A stretch of 64,000 nt of DNA from an uncultured virus (IMG/VR IMGVR_UViG_3300028840_003545). Lineage: Duplodnaviria; Heunggongvirae; Uroviricota; Caudoviricetes. Where the stretch lies: the IMG/VR virus record IMGVR_UViG_3300028840_003545; one strand, given 5' to 3'. Under the pieces are notes generated by a model. The model searched no databases, was not told the DNA's origin, and saw only the letters and a list, made by a program, of their open reading frames with translations. Both the position numbers and the translations under genes were made by a program. Shown piece after piece: positions 58,487 to 64,000 of this stretch (the first letter of the stretch is position 1; each line of letters begins with the position of its first letter).

Positions 58487-59022
58487 TGTTGATATCCCTT
58501 TCCAGAAGGATGCACTCCATCTGGCAAATTTATGTCTAATTGATCTGATGGAAAGTTTTCTATCCCTGTTTGCAGCAGCTTTTCTCTTACTATATCTATA
58601 TTTTTCATGTTTACTTTTGGTGGCATTATCCAATAAATTCGAGCATTGCCAGCAAGCTTTCTTATTTGTTCTACATATTCTGGTACTTTGTTCGGATCTA
58701 CGAAGCCATAAGCGTCGTTTGTTCCTAAAGATATAAGTATAATAGTCGGTTTGAATTCTTTTACTCCTTGCCACCATGATTCTTTTATCCAATGAGTCAT
58801 AGCAGTTCCACCTTTAGACGATACGCCAAAAGGTACGTTTTGTGAATTAGCTATCTCTCTTAAAGGAGTTTTAAGGCCAACAGCTAAACTGTCGCCTATA
58901 AGGTAGACTCTTTGTTTACTAATATCTATTTTAGGTTTATAGAATATTGCAGTAGCAGTAGCACCTACTCCTGCTACTATCAAAGCTATAGAGCCGTATT
59001 TCAGTGTATCATTCTTGATCAT
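58438..59022 (-). CDS. SGNH/GDSL hydrolase with N-terminal TM anchor
   Basis: GDSL, G, GTND and DGVHP blocks. Confidence 0.9.
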   Translation of the reverse strand: MIKNDTLKYGSIALIVAGVGATATAIFYKPKIDISKQRVYLIGDSLAVGLKTPLREIANSQNVPFGVSSKGGTAMTHWIKESWWQGVKEFKPTIILISLGTNDAYGFVDPNKVPEYVEQIRKLAGNARIYWIMPPKVNMKNIDIVREKLLQTGIENFPSDQLDINLPDGVHPSGKGYQQWAKEIWKAILNLRVR

Positions 59023-59806
59023 CTTCCAAAAAATCCAATCCGTCAGATTCACTTTTACCACAGTGATGACATTTAGAGTTTACTTTCTTAAATCTATTAC
59101 AATGACTGCACTTGTCTACCTTAAACTGAATGAATGATTGCAAATCCGAAACATCTTGGGCTAGCATTTGTATTTGATCTGTAAAACCTCTAACATGTTT
59201 TTCTACAACCTTTAAATGTTCACTTGTTGTAGCTGCTTTAGCTAGTAGTACAGCATTGTAAAGTGTGTAATCTACACTTCCTTTTATCCATCCATCTGGA
59301 GTAAACACTTGTAAAGTAGGCCAACCATGAGCACCTTGTGGACCCTGCGTTTCAAATGACTTTAGCATAGCTTGCAAGGCTTCTTTACAAGCTAGCGTAA
59401 TAGCTTCCATCTGATAGAATTTTTTAGTTATACCTCTAAGCTCTTTAACTCTATCTGACGCTATCTCTAATTTGGATTTGGCTATTTCTGTTTCTCTATT
59501 TTGTTGATTTGCTTTTTCAACTATAGATTGTATCTGATTAGTTTGAGCTAATGTAATACCCATATTAGCCAGTTCAGTAAGAGCTTTCTGTCCTACAATA
59601 CTAACTATAATTTCTTCTTGTGTAGGCTGTCTTTGAGGAGCAGGAGAATTATCCTCTAAATCAGCTTCAGTTATATTCTGAACTGGGGTTGGGGTGGAAT
59701 TTTTAGACTCTTCTGTGGTTGATTCATTTTGCATATTAATATCCTTTTCTTTCTTTTCTTGTTGTTTTTTAGCTCTTCTTACTTTATCTCTGTAACTTTC
59801 ACTCAT
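59009..59806 (-). CDS. hypothetical coiled-coil protein with C-terminal zinc ribbon
   Basis: CSHC...CHHCG. Confidence 0.55.
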   Translation of the reverse strand: MSESYRDKVRRAKKQQEKKEKDINMQNESTTEESKNSTPTPVQNITEADLEDNSPAPQRQPTQEEIIVSIVGQKALTELANMGITLAQTNQIQSIVEKANQQNRETEIAKSKLEIASDRVKELRGITKKFYQMEAITLACKEALQAMLKSFETQGPQGAHGWPTLQVFTPDGWIKGSVDYTLYNAVLLAKAATTSEHLKVVEKHVRGFTDQIQMLAQDVSDLQSFIQFKVDKCSHCNRFKKVNSKCHHCGKSESDGLDFLEDDQE

Positions 59807-60567
59807 ACCGGAAGCCCAACCGTTCTGTTAGCATTTAAAATGCTTTCATAAAACTTCACCCACGTTTGGTCTTGAGCGCTAGCCATTCTAGCAGCTTCTA
59901 GTGCAGCAGTCCATTGTAGTACATTTACTAGTTTTAGTGCTCTATATGCATGTACTAAATTTGCTGCATTTAGATGCATATTGTACACCATGCATGATAG
60001 TAACGTATTTTCGAATTCTTGAACTATACCAGAAGCTATTTGTTTATATTCTTCATAAGAGAAATTAGTAACTTTAGTTTCTTCTTTAATTTCTATAGGT
60101 ATACCAAGAGATCCCATCGGTTGAGCATTTGGCTGATTTACCAATGGTCTATCTGGTTCTACTTCAAATGGAGGCTCATCTTCGTCAGGTTCTGGTTCAC
60201 GAACTTTAGTTGCCATTCTTTTGGTGGCTACGTTTGGTGCGTTTCTCTTTTTTCTAGTCTTTTTTTGACCACTTCTTTTTGAACCTGGAAGCAATACCTC
60301 TTCCCATTGACTTATATCTTTAAGACATAAGCTTCCGTTACCACATTCTTCAGCCCATTCAGAGAATGTCTTGTAATCTGAGAACTTTTCTAGTAAAAAT
60401 AACCTAACCTCTTCAGTGTCTTGAAAACCCCTAAATGGTTGTTCAGGTATAGATTTATATTTAGTTCTACTGTTTGCACCTGGCTTATGATTATTATCAT
60501 ACCCTACAACGTAAGCTTTAAATGCTCCGCCAGGAGTTTCTGCTATGTATAATTTTACTTCTTTCAT
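59803..60567 (-). CDS. hypothetical protein
   Basis: Long intact ORF coupled to its neighbours. Confidence 0.55.
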   Translation of the reverse strand: MKEVKLYIAETPGGAFKAYVVGYDNNHKPGANSRTKYKSIPEQPFRGFQDTEEVRLFLLEKFSDYKTFSEWAEECGNGSLCLKDISQWEEVLLPGSKRSGQKKTRKKRNAPNVATKRMATKVREPEPDEDEPPFEVEPDRPLVNQPNAQPMGSLGIPIEIKEETKVTNFSYEEYKQIASGIVQEFENTLLSCMVYNMHLNAANLVHAYRALKLVNVLQWTAALEAARMASAQDQTWVKFYESILNANRTVGLPV

Positions 60568-61073
60568 TTTCCACCCTGACCAACATCGGGCATAGAGATA
60601 ATTGGTTGAGTATGTATTTCAGCACCAGGAGCCAGATCTTCTATTTTCTCTGCTTCTTTTGGTATATCATCATACTGTGATGCTATACGTTTTGTTTCTT
60701 CATCTCTTGTTGTAACGAGTTTATCTAATCTTTTTTCCCATTCTTCGTTATCCAAAATTAGCTCTGGTTCTTTTAATTTAAGTCCAACCATTGATTCAAT
60801 TTCATCTGGCTCTATAGGATTATGAATAGGCTCCCCATCTTCCCAGAATACAACTATCGCTCCGAATTTATCTTCAAATTTTTCTATTCTACCAAAAACT
60901 TCTCTCCAGTTATCTGTTGTTATCTCTTTTACTCCTATAACATCTTTCATATACCATAATACAGCTTCACCTTGTTTTGTAAGGGTTCTTTTACCGTTTT
61001 TAGCTCTAGAATAAAATAGAGACTTGTCAGCCATATCTGTTGTGCTGTGTTTGATATCTTTAGCATCTATCAT
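60564..61073 (-). CDS. hypothetical protein
   Basis: Intact ORF with GAGG SD. Confidence 0.55.
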   Translation of the reverse strand: MIDAKDIKHSTTDMADKSLFYSRAKNGKRTLTKQGEAVLWYMKDVIGVKEITTDNWREVFGRIEKFEDKFGAIVVFWEDGEPIHNPIEPDEIESMVGLKLKEPELILDNEEWEKRLDKLVTTRDEETKRIASQYDDIPKEAEKIEDLAPGAEIHTQPIISMPDVGQGGK

Positions 61074-61472
61074 TTACTTACCTCTTGTGAACAAATTGGT
61101 AACAAAGTATGATGCATACATGTGTGTGGTGTCAACCGTTATCAACCCACGTGTAGACTAGAGCATTCGCAAGTCGCTGAATAGAAACAATTCTTCCATC
61201 CTTTGGGTACAGCGCAGCCCACTCGTCAAACAGAGATTTTTGATTTTTAAACAGTTTTCTTATATGTTCATGAACTTGTGGTATAGTTTCATAACCATAA
61301 TGAGGTTGATCTGGTACAGGCATTATATAGTATTTCCATACTAGTTCTCCAGACAGCTTTCTACCAACATGTCTATGTAATGCGTATATCTTGTAAAATC
61401 CTATCCTCATATACATGTATATAAGTATACTATCGTAATATGAGGTTTTACGCACATTTCCGAAAGGATGTT

Positions 61473-63530
61473 TCATATTATCTGATTTGGGTACAGTGTT
61501 GAGATTTTCTCTATGTTTTCTTCGATATTTTCGCCGTCTTTTTGCCAATCTTTAATAGCGTTACCAAAATTCTTCTTTAGTAGGTTTATGAATACGTCAA
61601 AAAATGCAGTAAACATTACGTTAGCAAATTCTTCTGCACTGTCATATTTTACAGTTTTATCTAGTTTACTGTTTACTTTTTCATTTCCGAATCCAGGTAA
61701 GGTTATCTGGTAACATTTCTCTCTTGTATATCCATGGAATAGTACAATTGGAACTTTAGGTGACATTACCATTGCGGATATACCAAAATTATGAACTACA
61801 ATTTGGGTCCAAAGTGTTATCGGGTATCTTTTACGTCCTGCTGTAAACCTTAACTCTACAAGACCTACCTTAGCTTCTTTAAACGGCATACTTGGAATCC
61901 AAGCATCTTCAGCTTTCCTTAGTCTTATTGCAGCTGTTCCTCCATACACTTTTCTTTCTTGCTCTATATTGTATTCTATTTCTGATAAGAACTTTCTTTT
62001 ACAGTCTAAATATCCAAGCTTCTTTTCTCTTGCTCTATTAAGTTCTCTCTCTTCTTTTTCAGCTTCAGGTAAACCTATCTCAGATTCGTATTCTCTTCTT
62101 AGTTGATTTCTTTCTGACCAGGTTAAATCTCTTGCTTCATGTTCTAATTTAGATAAGTAAATGTGTAATTTTTTCTTTAATTCTTCAGCTTTATCATATA
62201 CAGCTTGTTCTGATGCAGATTTTTTACTGTACATCTTTTCTAGGTCTGCTTCTTTTTGTTTTAGACCATCTGATGTTATATCTCCAATCCATTCTACATT
62301 AAATGCATATTTTTGGTTAGGTAACTTTTTAGCTTTCTTAGGTGGAGCTTTAGTTCCAGTAGTTACAATTTTACATCTGTTAACTTTAGTTTGTGAAACC
62401 CCTTTATATTCTCCGTGTTCTTTAACTGTACACATAAGTGTATGTTTAGAGCCTATAGTTAATTCTGTTATAGCTTTAGACGAATACCATAGTATGGCAT
62501 TTCCACTATCGTCTATCATGTCATACATATGAGTTGTACCACGGAAACCTTTAAAGCTTCTCACTGCTCTTACAGTTACATTTGATACTATCTTCTCTCC
62601 TACTTCACCTACATGCGTACTAGATTCAGCTTCTATTCCTTTAGCTAAATCTCTGTGATACGCTGGTACCATACTTGCTGCTAGGTATATATCCTTATCT
62701 TTTACGTACTCTCTCTTTGCTATAACATGTAAGTTCCATAGATAATCAGAACTAGTATTTTCATCTATATTCTTTCCCCATTCTACAGTCTTTTTAGCTG
62801 TTTCACGGTCTGATTCTTTTGGCGTGTACTTACCAGCTATTTTATCTGACCTAATTATGAATGTAGCTACTGTAGCTGTAGGTGCTATCGGTTCTAAGCT
62901 TGTTTTAAAACTTTCATCAGCTTTGCTTTTAGAGACGAATCCAGAAGTTCTAACTACATATGCTACGTACGTTAGATAAAAGTCTAAATAGAAAGCTTTA
63001 GCACTATCTGCTGCTGCTGATGGGTCAAAGTCACTTTCAGTTTCTAAAAAGTCTTTAATTAACACTAATCCGTCTGCTACGTCTGCTATAGCTGCTGGAT
63101 TTTGGTGTCCAGTGAAGTCTTTTAAACATTCTCTTCCAACTTGCTTGTAATCGACACCACCAACTTTTCTTATTAGGAATGTATCTTTTCTACGTCTATT
63201 AAGTTTACAGTGGTCGCATTTAGCTCCACTTTTTCTGTATTTTTTTGGTATAGGTAGCTTACTTAGTGGTTTTAGAACATTTCCTTCTTCGCTATGTTCT
63301 ATTTTACCAGCAAATTTCCATCCACCAATAGCGGGTAGATTTCCTGCTATAGTTACAGGAATAACTTCTACAACAAATTTATGACCTTTTTGATCTTCTA
63401 CTCGTTTAGCTTTAGTTTTTCCTAACTCATAGTCGAATGTTATTCCTAATTTAGATGCTTTATTCTTGAGTCTCTTTAGCTTTTTTACTACGTAGTCTAT
63501 ACGAGATTCTGGTATTTCGAATGTGGACAT
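61473..63530 (-). CDS. large phage protein with Zn-binding and OB-fold-like domains
   Basis: CDHC..NRRR.DT...VG.ECL.DF; HVGEVGEK...V.EH.EYKGV.QTKVNR OB-like segment. Confidence 0.6.
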   Translation of the reverse strand: MSTFEIPESRIDYVVKKLKRLKNKASKLGITFDYELGKTKAKRVEDQKGHKFVVEVIPVTIAGNLPAIGGWKFAGKIEHSEEGNVLKPLSKLPIPKKYRKSGAKCDHCKLNRRRKDTFLIRKVGGVDYKQVGRECLKDFTGHQNPAAIADVADGLVLIKDFLETESDFDPSAAADSAKAFYLDFYLTYVAYVVRTSGFVSKSKADESFKTSLEPIAPTATVATFIIRSDKIAGKYTPKESDRETAKKTVEWGKNIDENTSSDYLWNLHVIAKREYVKDKDIYLAASMVPAYHRDLAKGIEAESSTHVGEVGEKIVSNVTVRAVRSFKGFRGTTHMYDMIDDSGNAILWYSSKAITELTIGSKHTLMCTVKEHGEYKGVSQTKVNRCKIVTTGTKAPPKKAKKLPNQKYAFNVEWIGDITSDGLKQKEADLEKMYSKKSASEQAVYDKAEELKKKLHIYLSKLEHEARDLTWSERNQLRREYESEIGLPEAEKEERELNRAREKKLGYLDCKRKFLSEIEYNIEQERKVYGGTAAIRLRKAEDAWIPSMPFKEAKVGLVELRFTAGRKRYPITLWTQIVVHNFGISAMVMSPKVPIVLFHGYTREKCYQITLPGFGNEKVNSKLDKTVKYDSAEEFANVMFTAFFDVFINLLKKNFGNAIKDWQKDGENIEENIEKISTLYPNQII

Positions 63531-63532
63531 TA

Positions 63533-63922
63533 TTATCTAGCCTTTTTTAGTGTACGAAGTTTTACACCTAATTTATCAAATACACCCATAGGCTTGAATA
63601 TTGGTTTATGTGATTTAAGTACAGCTATTATATCTTGTACTTGTTTATCTGATGGGAATGGTGGGAATGTTTTATTCATTCTCTTTACATTTGCTATCCA
63701 TTTAGCTGTAAATGGTGTAGACATTCCCTCTTCTTTCAGTGCGTCGAAATACTCATCTAAAAACTTGATTGAGCTTCTAGCTACTTCTCTTTGAGATTTG
63801 CTATATTTACCATCCTTAGTTGTTGGTTTTTCTATAGCTTTAGTAGCGGTTTTTTCTTTCTGTAGTTGTGCTACAAACATTTCAGCTACTTTAATATCTG
63901 AAGAGTATTTTTTAGTTATCAA
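63533..63922 (-). CDS. hypothetical protein
   Basis: Intact ORF on the coding strand. Confidence 0.45.
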   Translation of the reverse strand: MITKKYSSDIKVAEMFVAQLQKEKTATKAIEKPTTKDGKYSKSQREVARSSIKFLDEYFDALKEEGMSTPFTAKWIANVKRMNKTFPPFPSDKQVQDIIAVLKSHKPIFKPMGVFDKLGVKLRTLKKAR

Positions 63923-64000
63923 TCCAATACCAGGTATGAAAATTAAAGTTCTTACACCTGGCTGTCCATAAGATACGTATGCATATTTACCAGGGCTTGT

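Noticed and set aside
58487..58792. N-terminal extension of the RadC ORF
   Set aside because: It fully overlaps the SGNH gene in another frame; a start at 58486 is more plausible.
870..63794. All plus-strand ORFs in the track
   Set aside because: They are short, mostly antisense shadows of longer minus-strand genes, with biased Ser/Leu/Ile/Phe composition and no recognisable motifs.
1..64000. Stop-codon reassignment or alternative genetic code
   Set aside because: The standard code gives dense, full-length genes ending in TAA, TAG and TGA, and no suppressor tRNA is present.

Overview
An AT-rich, gene-dense fragment of a large bacterial virus in which essentially every credible gene lies on the minus strand. 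Reading in the direction of transcription (right to left), the modules are: (i) 57.7-64 kb, hypotheticals, an SGNH hydrolase and a RadC/JAB protein; (ii) 56.1-57.7 kb, a GC-rich regulatory island with a winged-helix gene, a G-quadruplex motif and sigma54-like boxes; (iii) 46-56 kb, a replication/recombination operon (SSB-like protein, SF2 helicase, 1062-aa primase-helicase, iteron-rich putative origin, PD-(D/E)XK nuclease, HTH, beta clamp, SLOG); (iv) about 11.9-44.6 kb, a long putative virion module; (v) 0-11.8 kb, accessory genes (dUTPase, ART-like protein, 3'-5' exonuclease, BtpA, GH25 lysin, nucleoside deoxyribosyltransferase-like), three tRNAs (Ile-CAT, an atypical Ile-TAT, Arg-TCT) and an ~800-nt structured non-coding region. 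The virion module has no recognisable terminase, portal, HK97 capsid or tail genes. It has instead candidate single jelly-roll capsid proteins, about 17 proteins with C-terminal membrane anchors, four LysM proteins, a transglutaminase-like Cys-His-Asp enzyme, a lytic transglycosylase, two alpha/beta hydrolases and paralogous spike proteins. My best inference is an unusually large tailless, internal-membrane virus, probably infecting a GC-rich host that uses sigma54 heavily (e.g. Myxococcota). All family calls come from motif recognition by eye; no database search was run.
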